This document shows, in pieces, positions 25,600-34,700 of a stretch of DNA of 64,000 bases (positions are counted from its first letter, which is position 1; each line of letters starts with the position of its first letter). The translations under genes were made by a program, and so were the position numbers. The notes beneath the pieces were generated by a model that ran no database searches, was not told where the DNA came from, and saw only the letters and a program-made list of their open reading frames with translations. The stretch covers positions 1 to 64,000 of IMG/VR virus record IMGVR_UViG_3300021255_000136; one strand, written 5' to 3'. This stretch comes from a virus (lineage: Duplodnaviria > Caudoviricetes).

Positions 25600-25998
25600 A
25601 TGCAGGAAGAATGGCGCGTTATAGAAGAGTATCCGATGTACTCTGTGAGCAATACATGGAAAGTCCGGAACAATAAAACCGGAAGGATACTGAAGACAAG
25701 TGGAAAAGGAACTGTGGTTCTGTACTCTGGCAGTAGAGACACGCGTGTCGATAAGAGTGTATATGGTCTGTACCTTAAAGCTTTTGAGGGCTATCCGAGT
25801 GAGACGCGTGGTCGAACCAAGATCCGGGTTATTGAAACGGACGAGATATACTACAGCTATAGAGAGACTTGCGAAGGACTTGGCCTCCCCAGCTGCTATG
25901 CCAACTCTATCTGTACCGCTGTGTACCATAAGCGAAAGGATGGAACGAAGCGAACGGTGAAGGGATATACCTTTGAACTTGTGGAGGATGTTGCGTAA
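25600..25998 (+). CDS. NUMOD4 + NUMOD1-like DNA-binding protein without a visible HNH core
   Basis: EWRVIEEYPMYSVSNTWKVRNNKTGRILK (NUMOD4-like); KIRVIETDEIYYSYRE (NUMOD1-like); GAGGAG SD. Confidence 0.65.
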   Translation: MQEEWRVIEEYPMYSVSNTWKVRNNKTGRILKTSGKGTVVLYSGSRDTRVDKSVYGLYLKAFEGYPSETRGRTKIRVIETDEIYYSYRETCEGLGLPSCYANSICTAVYHKRKDGTKRTVKGYTFELVEDVA

Positions 25999-26418
25999 AT
26001 GTATAAGAGTCCGTTGATATTTGATAAGAGACCGGACCAGGGTGTAATCGATCTGTGCGAGAGGATGGCTCAGGAAGCTCTGGATATGGCAGTCGGTGAG
26101 CAGGTCAGCCAGTTGGTAGGCATACGCGTAGATGCTGTAGAACTTCGTAAAGCTCTGAACTATGACCGGGATATGTATAACAAGGGCTATCAAGACGGTG
26201 TCGAGTATGCAAAACACAAACAAGTCGAAGCCGAGTGGGAGCCAGAAAAGAAAGAAGAGCCAAAGCCGGAGAAGCCGAAGCCTGAAGGATACGGGGAATG
26301 CTGGGCCTGTCGGTATGCGGCATGGGATGGTAAGGAGAAAGACTGGTTGTGTAATAGTGTAGTACTCTGCACTGGCGGTCAGTGTTGGAAGAGCAGGAAG
26401 GTTGAGGAAGATGGCTGA
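25999..26418 (+). CDS. hypothetical protein (VDAVELRKALNYDRDMYNKGYQDG family)
   Basis: GGAGG SD. Confidence 0.7.
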   Translation: MYKSPLIFDKRPDQGVIDLCERMAQEALDMAVGEQVSQLVGIRVDAVELRKALNYDRDMYNKGYQDGVEYAKHKQVEAEWEPEKKEEPKPEKPKPEGYGECWACRYAAWDGKEKDWLCNSVVLCTGGQCWKSRKVEEDG

Positions 26419-26701
26419 GTATTGGAAAAAAGAAGACGTGCTAAAAACGATAAGTGATCTGAGAATAGATACTGTCGATCCAAGAGTTCGATATGCTTTC
26501 TGCAGATTGCAGGAGATGGCCAGTAAGTATCTTTGGAATGTGATCCCAGCCGCTGATGTCGTCGAGCGGAGATCGTGTAATACGTGCAAATACTATGAAG
26601 GAGTACATAATGCCCAAGGCTGTGCGCCATGCTCATTTTTAAATATTGGCTGTATTATGTGGAATGATTTTTGCTCACGATGGGAGAAAGAAAATGGCTG
26701 A
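26411..26701 (+). CDS. clostridial phage accessory protein (MAEY...PAADVVE..SCNTC)
   Basis: GAGGA SD; family motif. Confidence 0.7.
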   Translation: MAEYWKKEDVLKTISDLRIDTVDPRVRYAFCRLQEMASKYLWNVIPAADVVERRSCNTCKYYEGVHNAQGCAPCSFLNIGCIMWNDFCSRWEKENG

Positions 26702-26987
26702 GTACATTGATCGAGATGCTTTGCTTGCCGAGGCGAAAAGAATATCTGGCCCAATGACAGGAGATGGTTGGGACAACTGGGGTGTGTATGCATTAATTAA
26801 CAGACAACCTGCCGCTGATGTGCGGCCTGTGGTGCTGTGCCGTGATTGTAAACACAAAGGATGGGTACAAGAGCCGGAGCACGGGAAAAGCGTTGATTAT
26901 TGCCGTTTGTTAGAACGATGCGTTGACAAACAATTTTTTTGCGCTGCTGGTGAACGCAAAACCAACTGCGGGGCTGATATGAGCTGA
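26694..26987 (+). CDS. clostridial phage accessory protein (MAEYIDRDAL...PAADVRPVVLCRDCKH)
   Basis: GGGAG SD; related to upstream gene. Confidence 0.75.
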   Translation: MAEYIDRDALLAEAKRISGPMTGDGWDNWGVYALINRQPAADVRPVVLCRDCKHKGWVQEPEHGKSVDYCRLLERCVDKQFFCAAGERKTNCGADMS

Positions 26988-27002
26988 TATGAGAGGTGAA
27001 AC

Positions 27003-27173
27003 ATGAACATCCGTGATTGTTCCGGATGCATATACTTTGCAAAGCATTATGGGAATAAAAACAAGTTAGGAGAACTCACGGTAAGTAATTACTGGTGTGT
27101 TAAGAAGCAAGGTTTCATCCGTTCTTTCCCTAAGAAATGTAAATTTAAAGCAAAGAGGGAGGAAACATGCTGA
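27003..27173 (+). CDS. small Cys-containing protein (56 aa)
   Basis: Read by hand: MNIRDCSGCIYFAKH...; GAGAGGTG SD. Confidence 0.55.
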   Translation: MNIRDCSGCIYFAKHYGNKNKLGELTVSNYWCVKKQGFIRSFPKKCKFKAKREETC

Positions 27174-27463
27174 CTTTACCGATCAAGAAGAAATGGTTTG
27201 ACATGATCCGATCCGGTGAGAAGAAAGAAGAATATAGGTGTATTAAAGATTACTACGGCACAAGATTCAGAAATGTTTTTGGTTATCCCGCATATTGGGG
27301 AGAACCTCATAAGATCAGACTCAGAAACGGGTATTCTTCTAAGTCCCCTTCAATTATCGTAACCTGCACTCTGAGTAAAACCAAAGGGAAACCAGAGTGG
27401 GGAGCAGAACCCGGCAAGAGGTATTTCGTGCTTACAATTTTAGAGGTGGAGGACGAAACATGA
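27167..27463 (+). CDS. ASCH-domain protein
   Basis: LTLPIKKKWFDMIRSGEKKEEYR...IRLRNGY: GxKxxExR motif. Confidence 0.85.
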   Translation: MLTLPIKKKWFDMIRSGEKKEEYRCIKDYYGTRFRNVFGYPAYWGEPHKIRLRNGYSSKSPSIIVTCTLSKTKGKPEWGAEPGKRYFVLTILEVEDET

Positions 27464-27660
27464 CTATTGAGAGATACAGACTTACTCTCGAACATGAATA
27501 CATCGACGGTAATGGAGAAGTGCATAAGATCGAAGATCCGATTCGCACTGATTACAGTGTCGTAGTAGATAGGCTTGCTCCGCCAAAAGCCATAATAGTG
27601 AATGAGATGATAGAAAAACTAAAACACTTTATGCTCAACATCATATACCAGGAGGGCTAA
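27460..27660 (+). CDS. hypothetical protein
   Basis: GGAGG SD; ATGA overlap. Confidence 0.65.
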   Translation: MTIERYRLTLEHEYIDGNGEVHKIEDPIRTDYSVVVDRLAPPKAIIVNEMIEKLKHFMLNIIYQEG

Positions 27661-27662
27661 AG

Positions 27663-27959
27663 ATGAGTGTCATAATAAAGAATGTGGAAGTACCGCAGTA
27701 TTGTGGTGCTTGCCATGTAGGATTCTGCAAACAGATTGGATGTGAGCTGTACATTGGATTCGATGACTATGCTACAAGTAGACATCCAGATTGCCCTATC
27801 AGTAATATTCCTACACCGCACGGCAGATTGATTGATGCGGATGCTTTAGCAGATAATTGGTACTATGCTTCCGCTGCATTACAACAAGATGATGTAAGAA
27901 AAGTGGTTTGCTTGGATGATATTGATAGCGCACCAACCATCATCGAAGCGGAGGAATGA
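27663..27959 (+). CDS. clostridial phage accessory protein (PHGRLIDADAL...APTIIEAE)
   Basis: AGGAGG SD; family motif. Confidence 0.75.
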   Translation: MSVIIKNVEVPQYCGACHVGFCKQIGCELYIGFDDYATSRHPDCPISNIPTPHGRLIDADALADNWYYASAALQQDDVRKVVCLDDIDSAPTIIEAEE

Positions 27960-28336
27960 GCATGACAAAGGAAGAACTGTTAGCCTACCCGGAACGCGAA
28001 ATGGATGAAGTACTTCACAATGTCACTGGAGTATGGGTGATTCCAGCACAGCAACAGCATGAAAGTGGTTGGGGATGCATGAGTTTTCTAGCTACATTCA
28101 AGGATAAAGGAAAAAAGCCTGTACGTTTTGGTGGTGGATGTGACGATGTGATGTTCGAAGGAGATAAATTCAGAATGGATTGTGATTACCCAAGTGGAAT
28201 AATTCATATCTGGAGTAATAAGCCGTTCTCCATAACTTCGGATGTTTCGTCTATCAGTTTCATCGACGAGGAAATATACAGGAGATCTACAGGAGGTATT
28301 AATGAAGACATTACAGCCCTGCCCTGGTTGTGGTAG
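27956..28336 (+). CDS. hypothetical protein
   Basis: GGAGG SD; ATGA overlap. Confidence 0.65.
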   Translation: MSMTKEELLAYPEREMDEVLHNVTGVWVIPAQQQHESGWGCMSFLATFKDKGKKPVRFGGGCDDVMFEGDKFRMDCDYPSGIIHIWSNKPFSITSDVSSISFIDEEIYRRSTGGINEDITALPWLW

Positions 28337-28664
28337 TGAGCGCGTAAAGCTAAATAAGAAGAGAGATAAGTTTCGATACGAATGCGACGGTGATTGCTGG
28401 ACAACAACCAACAAGTGGTATATGACCAGAGAAGAAGCCGCCGATGCTTGGAACAGCCTAGTAAACGAAAGGGAAAAGAAGGGTACGAACTTTATCAGCA
28501 ACGGAGAAAAAATACGACAGATGAGTGATGAGGAACTCGTGAGTATACTTAGATGTCCGGGGAACATAGATGTGGAGTTTGGATTGGATGAATGTGCATT
28601 TAGCACCTGCGGTGAGTGTAAGCTTAAATGGCTGAAAGAGAAGAACAAGCATGGAAGCGATTGA
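28302..28664 (+). CDS. Lar-family restriction-alleviation-like zinc-ribbon protein
   Basis: LQPCPGCGS...YECDGDC...TREEAADAWN; AGGAGGT SD; C-terminal NGEKIRQMSDEEL module. Confidence 0.7.
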   Translation: MKTLQPCPGCGSERVKLNKKRDKFRYECDGDCWTTTNKWYMTREEAADAWNSLVNEREKKGTNFISNGEKIRQMSDEELVSILRCPGNIDVEFGLDECAFSTCGECKLKWLKEKNKHGSD

Positions 28665-28962
28665 ATTTTTGAAAGAGTACAAACGGATGTGCACAGAATG
28701 CAAAAGCTGTCTCGAATGCCCATTGGCAGGAACTACTTGTTCAATAGATTCTGAATTGTCTGAAAGACAAATGATCAACATTATAGACGCAACTGAACGG
28801 TGGAACAAAGAGCACCAAATAATAACAAATGCCCAGAAGTTCAAAGAAGTGTTTGGTTTCTTGCCAGACGGAGACGTTATATTTAGTAAAGACTATTTTA
28901 TAAACGCTGTAAAAGGACCCGTTCTCAAATGGGATGAACCATACGAAGGAGCAGAAATATGA
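28651..28962 (+). CDS. accessory protein (MEAIEFLKEYKRMC family)
   Basis: Cys cluster CTECKSCLECPL. Confidence 0.7.
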   Translation: MEAIEFLKEYKRMCTECKSCLECPLAGTTCSIDSELSERQMINIIDATERWNKEHQIITNAQKFKEVFGFLPDGDVIFSKDYFINAVKGPVLKWDEPYEGAEI

Positions 28963-29186
28963 AACCTATAATCTTAAGAGCAGACCAGGATGGAAATCTT
29001 ATGATCACAGCGGATAAGATTCAGGAGATGGTAGAGGACGCATATAACGAAGGCGTTGCGGATGGGAAAGCAAGCGTTCAGAATAGGCCATCACTGACCC
29101 AAGGTGATCTGTGGCAGAATACAACGCCATCCACAATTCCGGTTTACTATGGAACCGAAATAACGTGCGGACAAGATTCGAAGTGA
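28959..29186 (+). CDS. hypothetical protein
   Basis: AAGGAG SD; ATGA overlap. Confidence 0.65.
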   Translation: MKPIILRADQDGNLMITADKIQEMVEDAYNEGVADGKASVQNRPSLTQGDLWQNTTPSTIPVYYGTEITCGQDSK

Positions 29187-29189
29187 GGA

Positions 29190-29876
29190 ATGAATATGAA
29201 AACACAAGACGAAGTAATTAACGACTATCTCGAACGGCATACTCCTTTTGGCCCGGCGATCCGGTCCGAGCTGAGCGGTATCTGGAATAACGGATATTAC
29301 CATGGTTATGAAACTGCTGAGAGAAAGGCCAAAGACAAGTACGAAGTGGATACTAACATGCAGTACAACCTTGGGTATCAGCATGGCTATGATAGCGGTA
29401 AGGACGTAGCCTACAAGGAACTCTCCGGCTTGACTTCTGAGGAAGGCAAGGCAAAATTCGACGAGGCCTATCAGGAAGGCTATGACAAAGGCGCGGATGA
29501 TGCACGTTCCGAACTGTGGTGGGCAATAAAGAAGCTGTATCTAGATACTTCGGAAGGCGGGCTTACAATTGCGGATATGGCTAAAATATTTGGAGAATTC
29601 GATCTAGTCAGTGATGTCCTACGGAAGTTTACTCCAGAGGAATTTATCGAGAAGATCAAGGCCTACGAAGAATCCAAGAAATCCGCGCCTACTAACCGGG
29701 ATAAGTTTGAAGAACTTTTTCATGAGCAGTTTCCCAGACTATGGCATAGCTATCAAATTGCCAAGAACGGCTATACCTCAGATAACGGCTTCTTCATTCC
29801 GGACTCTTGGTTGGATACACCTTATAAAGCCACTTGGTTGGACAAGCCATATGAGGAACCGGCAGATGGGAACTAA
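29190..29876 (+). CDS. hypothetical protein with repeated GYxxG motifs
   Basis: GYYHGY, GYQHGYDSG, AYQEGYDKG; GAGGA SD. Confidence 0.75.
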   Translation: MNMKTQDEVINDYLERHTPFGPAIRSELSGIWNNGYYHGYETAERKAKDKYEVDTNMQYNLGYQHGYDSGKDVAYKELSGLTSEEGKAKFDEAYQEGYDKGADDARSELWWAIKKLYLDTSEGGLTIADMAKIFGEFDLVSDVLRKFTPEEFIEKIKAYEESKKSAPTNRDKFEELFHEQFPRLWHSYQIAKNGYTSDNGFFIPDSWLDTPYKATWLDKPYEEPADGN

Positions 29877-30222
29877 CTACTACGCAGTTCGTACCAGACC
29901 TACGGTTGGGGAGCCTGTTCATATCGGTAAGTCCTCATGGGGCTGGCTGTTTCTGTTCCAGGCGCAGGACAACCAATACCATGATCCGCCCATTGTATGG
30001 AACAGCTATGACGAAGTGAAGGATTGGTTACGGAAATACACAGTGGAACGCAACGATTATGTTATCATGGATGAGTACGACAACATAGTCCAGCTCGATG
30101 AGTTCATTGATATAGTGGACAGCAAACAGAACGATCCGCACAATCTGGAAAACCCAGACAACTTCCGGGAAGGTGTAAGGAACGTGAACGGATATCGATT
30201 CGATGATCGGTGGTTTTGTTAG
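29866..30222 (+). CDS. conserved phage protein (MGTNYY...HIGKSSWGWLFLF family)
   Basis: GAGGA SD before ATG 29866. Confidence 0.75.
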   Translation: MGTNYYAVRTRPTVGEPVHIGKSSWGWLFLFQAQDNQYHDPPIVWNSYDEVKDWLRKYTVERNDYVIMDEYDNIVQLDEFIDIVDSKQNDPHNLENPDNFREGVRNVNGYRFDDRWFC

Positions 30223-30406
30223 GAGCAGTTATGATTAACATTAAATCAATTTTGCTTGCTATATCGCCTGCAATGATTATGCTGTTGGCACATTTGCTAT
30301 CAGATTAACTGGAGCAATTCATCCGAAAGGAAACAACAAATGTCAATATGGACAGGTGATAACTCAAGCGAATGGAGTTGGATCGATAATGAAGAGGAGA
30401 ACGAAA

Positions 30407-30592
30407 ATGAACAATAACAATTCAAACACTGGGGGTAGCGTTGGCTTCGCTGGACTACTAACCCTCTTATTTATTGCATTAAAACTTATGAACGTAATCA
30501 CTTGGTCATGGGTCTGGGTACTCTCCCCTGTCTGGATCACGCTCCTGCTTATGATCCTGGTTAGCGTCGCAATCTATTTTGGCACGAGGTAG
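30407..30592 (+). CDS. small two-TM membrane protein (GFAGLLTLLFIALKL..VITWSWVWVLSPVW)
   Basis: GAGGAG SD; family motif common in phages. Confidence 0.8.
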   Translation: MNNNNSNTGGSVGFAGLLTLLFIALKLMNVITWSWVWVLSPVWITLLLMILVSVAIYFGTR

Positions 30593-30594
30593 TA

Positions 30595-30897
30595 ATGGAG
30601 AATTTATATGAGAAGTTTTTAGAAATCCTGGAAGACCATCCGGAAATAGACGAGATGTTCTACCCGTGGAGTGAATGCCAAGTTGGTATATATGAGATTC
30701 CACGGGGAGAAACAGAAATAACAAGATCCCCCGTAGATCTTTCGCCGAAGATACCACCGGAGAAAGCTCTGGAACTCGCCGAAGCCAATGCCCGTATCCT
30801 AGGCTATGTACTCCCTTTATGGCTTGTCGATCCACCGGGTACTGAAAGGTTCTTCCCTAGGCATCCTAATTCTATGATAGAGGTAAAAGAAAAATGA
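30595..30897 (+). CDS. hypothetical protein
   Basis: GAGGT SD. Confidence 0.65.
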   Translation: MENLYEKFLEILEDHPEIDEMFYPWSECQVGIYEIPRGETEITRSPVDLSPKIPPEKALELAEANARILGYVLPLWLVDPPGTERFFPRHPNSMIEVKEK

Positions 30898-31523
30898 TAA
30901 TAGTTGATAACATAATAACACCGAGCCAGTATCAATGGGCGACAGTTGTTGCTGGCTGCAGAAACCCGTTCAACAGCTGGCATAAGTCCGACAGCAAATG
31001 GGGAGAAAGCGAATACTACATTGGCGAACAAGATTACACACTGATGAAACGCCTAGCACATGCGGGCGATGATCATGGCAAGTTCATGCGTATGTTACCG
31101 GTTATCATGGATATAACCGCGCCTCTCTACTGGTGGAAACAAATGAGTCAGTACAAGGTAGGCACGGTTACCAACTCCACTTCGACCATGCACCGACTCC
31201 TTGCCGACCCGTTTACTGTGGATGATTTCTCTTTCGACCACACCCCTATGTATGTGCAGGACAATATACTGGCACATCTGAACACATTAAGGGGTCAGTA
31301 CTTAGCAGAGAAAGACCCAGATAAGAAGGCTGAGATCTTTGCCGAAGCTAATGAATTCCTCCCCCAGTCCTTTATGCAGCTTCGTACATGGAGCGGAAAC
31401 TACCAGGTACTACGGCATATCTACCACGCAAGGAAGGACCACAAGCTGGATTGTTGGCATAAGTTCTGTGCAAAATTAGAGACACTTCCCTACTCTGAAT
31501 TGATAACAGGTGAAAAGATATGA
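30894..31523 (+). CDS. ThyX-like (FAD-dependent thymidylate synthase-related) phage protein
   Basis: GCRNPFNSWHKSDS...HGKFMR...DITAPLYWWKQ...TNSTSTMHRL...LPQSFMQLRT..GNY..LR.IY..RKDHKL..W..FC; recalled family, canonical RHRx7-8S motif absent. Confidence 0.55.
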   Translation: MIIVDNIITPSQYQWATVVAGCRNPFNSWHKSDSKWGESEYYIGEQDYTLMKRLAHAGDDHGKFMRMLPVIMDITAPLYWWKQMSQYKVGTVTNSTSTMHRLLADPFTVDDFSFDHTPMYVQDNILAHLNTLRGQYLAEKDPDKKAEIFAEANEFLPQSFMQLRTWSGNYQVLRHIYHARKDHKLDCWHKFCAKLETLPYSELITGEKI

Positions 31524-31690
31524 CAACTCTTGATATACTAACTTTGTTTAGAACCTTGGAAAAAGCTGAAAAGAAATTAGATGCGCTTCGAAATAAGTTA
31601 ACCGATTACGATGAGAAAGATGAGCTGGAATGCCTTGTCGAAGACATACGTTCTGCACAGCGAAACTTCCTCCGAGCGGAGTGGCATTAA
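31520..31690 (+). CDS. small helical protein (56 aa)
   Basis: Read by hand: MTTLDILTLFRTLEKAEKKLDALR...RAEWH; ATGA overlap. Confidence 0.6.
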   Translation: MTTLDILTLFRTLEKAEKKLDALRNKLTDYDEKDELECLVEDIRSAQRNFLRAEWH

Positions 31691-31703
31691 GGCGCGATTA
31701 TCC

Positions 31704-31748
31704 TAAAAAAAGATACCCCCTACTACATTTCTGTAGTAGGGGGTTTTG
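31704..31748. terminator. bidirectional rho-independent terminator between convergent early and late regions
   Basis: A tract, CCCCCTACTACA-TTTC-TGTAGTAGGGGG, T tract. Confidence 0.9.
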
Positions 31749-31752
31749 TCGT

Positions 31753-34700
31753 TTATTTGCGACGGTTGTTCGTGATCTTTTCGTAGTCCGACCAGTGCAT
31801 GTTGTAGTCGAGTTTTCTTCCGTTAGAGGAGGTGGCTCTTGAAGAACTGCTCTGGGCGGGTGTCGTGGTGGAACTCGCCTGGGTATTGGGCGGGATCACA
31901 AACGGAGTGGTCTGGGTGCCGGATGTTCCGAGATCTCTGGTGAAGTCCAGAGGCTGGCTCATCCAGCGGTTGAAGCCCCAGTTCGGATCTGCCTTATTGG
32001 CGCGATCCTGTTCGTCAGAAACCTTCCTGACGATGCCGAAGTCACGAGCCGTCTGGTTACCGGATGTGGACATACCGGACTTGTGCAGGCTTCCTTCGAA
32101 TGCGGATGCGATCCTGTCGATCATAGCCACTTCCTGATCATCAGTAAGATACTTGGAAGTGAACGCATCGAAGTTCTGCTCCATGTAGTCCATGTATGCT
32201 TCAACACGGTGTGCGCGTTCAACATAGCTGAGAGTGTTGTTCTTTACACTTGTACCGACTTTGCTGGTGTAGCGCTGTTGCAGGAGATCGAACTGCTCCT
32301 CTCTCGTCAGCTTGTCGTTGAACAGCATGGAGAAGAACACATCGTTGCGGCTTGCTGTAACGTCGCGCTTATCTTCATAAGGTATGCTGTTATCGATAAG
32401 CCACCTTGCGTACTTCCCTTCCTCAAGCTTGGCTACAGCATTGTCTAGATCACGGAGAGCACCGGCCTGTTCGTTGAAGGACAGAGCCTTGAATTCGGCG
32501 CTGTTCATCATCTGGATAGCTACATCGATGAATCGCTCCTGTTCATGTCTTGCTTCTGTGTTCTTCTGGTCTGTACTGAGTACCATCTTGTGCCCGATCT
32601 GATCCGGGTTGTCAATGCTGGACGCGCCAGTCATCTTCCCGGCCATCCACCTGACCTGCTCTTCAACAGTAGAGAAGTTGTCCAGCGCGATCTGGTATGC
32701 CTCGGTCCACTTGTATCCGGCCTTTACATCCGCCAGCGCTTCGACTGCGTACTCATCAGCGTCGTCTTCGATGAAGAAGTCTCCATCCTCTCCGGCCTGA
32801 TCAGCGGTCATAGTGAACTGCGTCTTCACCTGCCCGGTTGCAGACAGATTTCGTGCGAAGGCTTCTTCGACCTTAGATGCTGTCGCATTGAATCGGGCTG
32901 CTACTATGGCTTCCCTATCTTCCTCGGTCTCTGCCAGACGGTAGGCGCTGGAGTTCAGGGTTTCCGCATACTCCTTATCCCATGCAGCAGCGAATTCCTT
33001 ATCGAGGTCTCGCTTCTGTGCATCGGTGAGGTTAATGACGAAGCCCTTCTTGTCCGGGTTGTCGATCTTGCTCGGTACAGCATAACTGTCAGCGAGGTAA
33101 GCAGCCTGCTCTGCAACAGTTCCGTCCATGTTGATCGCGACATTGAACTTCTCCTTACCAGCCTGGGATGCTCTGCCAACTTCCATAGCCCTGCTGGAGT
33201 TGTCCAGTATCTCGCTGTACCTCTCCTTCGTAGTCTCACGAGCTCTGTTGTAGGCGTCGTTGATAAGATATCCGCGCTCACGATCATCGGCCTCAGCATA
33301 GTCCTGGCTGTTCTCCAGCTTACGCATCTCTGCTCTGATCTCTTCGTTGAAGATGTCCCGCATCGCCGCCTTGTCCTCATCGGTTATCTCATAGACATAC
33401 CCGACGTTGCCAACACTGGAGAGCTCTCTCGGAGGAGCGAACTCTGCTGACACCATGTCAGCTATCTGCTCGGTAGTAAGGCTCGGAGTTACGGCCAACA
33501 GCTGGAACAGATCGTCATTGGAGTAGGCATTGGGCAGGTTGTACTTCGTGGTGATGTAGTCTGCCGCACCAACCTTCAGTGCTGTCTGCTTGGTCATATC
33601 CAGTGCGTAGTGATCAGATACCGTGTGCCGTCCGAAGTCTTTAGCGATATCGAACGCCTGCTGCATCATAGCCAGCTTCCCTGCGTCGTCTGCCTGGATG
33701 TACACCGGATCGGTCATAACCTCGAAGCAGATCTGGTACGCAGCGCTACCGGCTACTTTCATCAGCTGTTCGAATTCTTCAGCCGTGAGATCCTTCAGCC
33801 CCTCATCCGTTTTGAAGCTCTTGGACAGTTGTTTCGGGATTATGCTGTTATCTCCGGTGGCCTCGTACAGTCTCATGAGCTCTGCGTCTACCGGAGTCTC
33901 GTTGATCACGTTGGCATAACCAGGCGACAGGAAGTTCTCCAGTGCTCTGAGGAACCAGCTGTCATTAGTATCCGTACGGCCCCACGCATCGACATATGCC
34001 ATCTTCTGACTTGCCCAGCCGGGTACCTTGCTCTGGATCGAGTTCTGAACGAACCGCTGCAGAGCTCCGGGCATCGGGCTGTTCTTATCCGTATAGGTCG
34101 CCCTTCTATCCGGGTCTGCCGTTCTGGCGATCTGGCCGAAGAATGTAGGCATACCCTGGGCGAAGTAGCTCGTGGTCATTGCCGCCAGCAAAGCGGAGAT
34201 ACCGTTGACATCAGAGCTGTAGGCCAGTGAGGACAGCGTGTTCTCGAAACCATCCAGCATGGACATTGCCAGCATAGGATCCGCAATACCCATCAGTGCT
34301 GTCCACAGATTGGACGGGGTACTGAGATCAACCTGGCCGCTGACGAGATTATAGATAGTCGCGCCTACGAACAGCGGCATCGACATCGGTGCCATCCAGT
34401 CCATAGTGTAGCTAACTTTCTTCCCGTCTACTGTAAACTCCACTGCCCAGTTCTGATGGCCTTGGAGTTTTTTCATCTTATCCTTATCATCGTCTCCGGT
34501 CCCGCCACCACGGAGTAATCCTGCGGAGGCAAGTAATGCACCGAGGATCATGACGCCGGTACCGGTAAGTCCAGCTGCCATGTTGTCAAGGATCTGCATG
34601 GTGTTGCCGTCGCCATTCTTCAGTGCCGCCTTCAGGTCAACCAGGGACTTGATGAATCCGGGGAGTGAATACTTAGCTGCGCCCAGTACGAGGATGTTGG

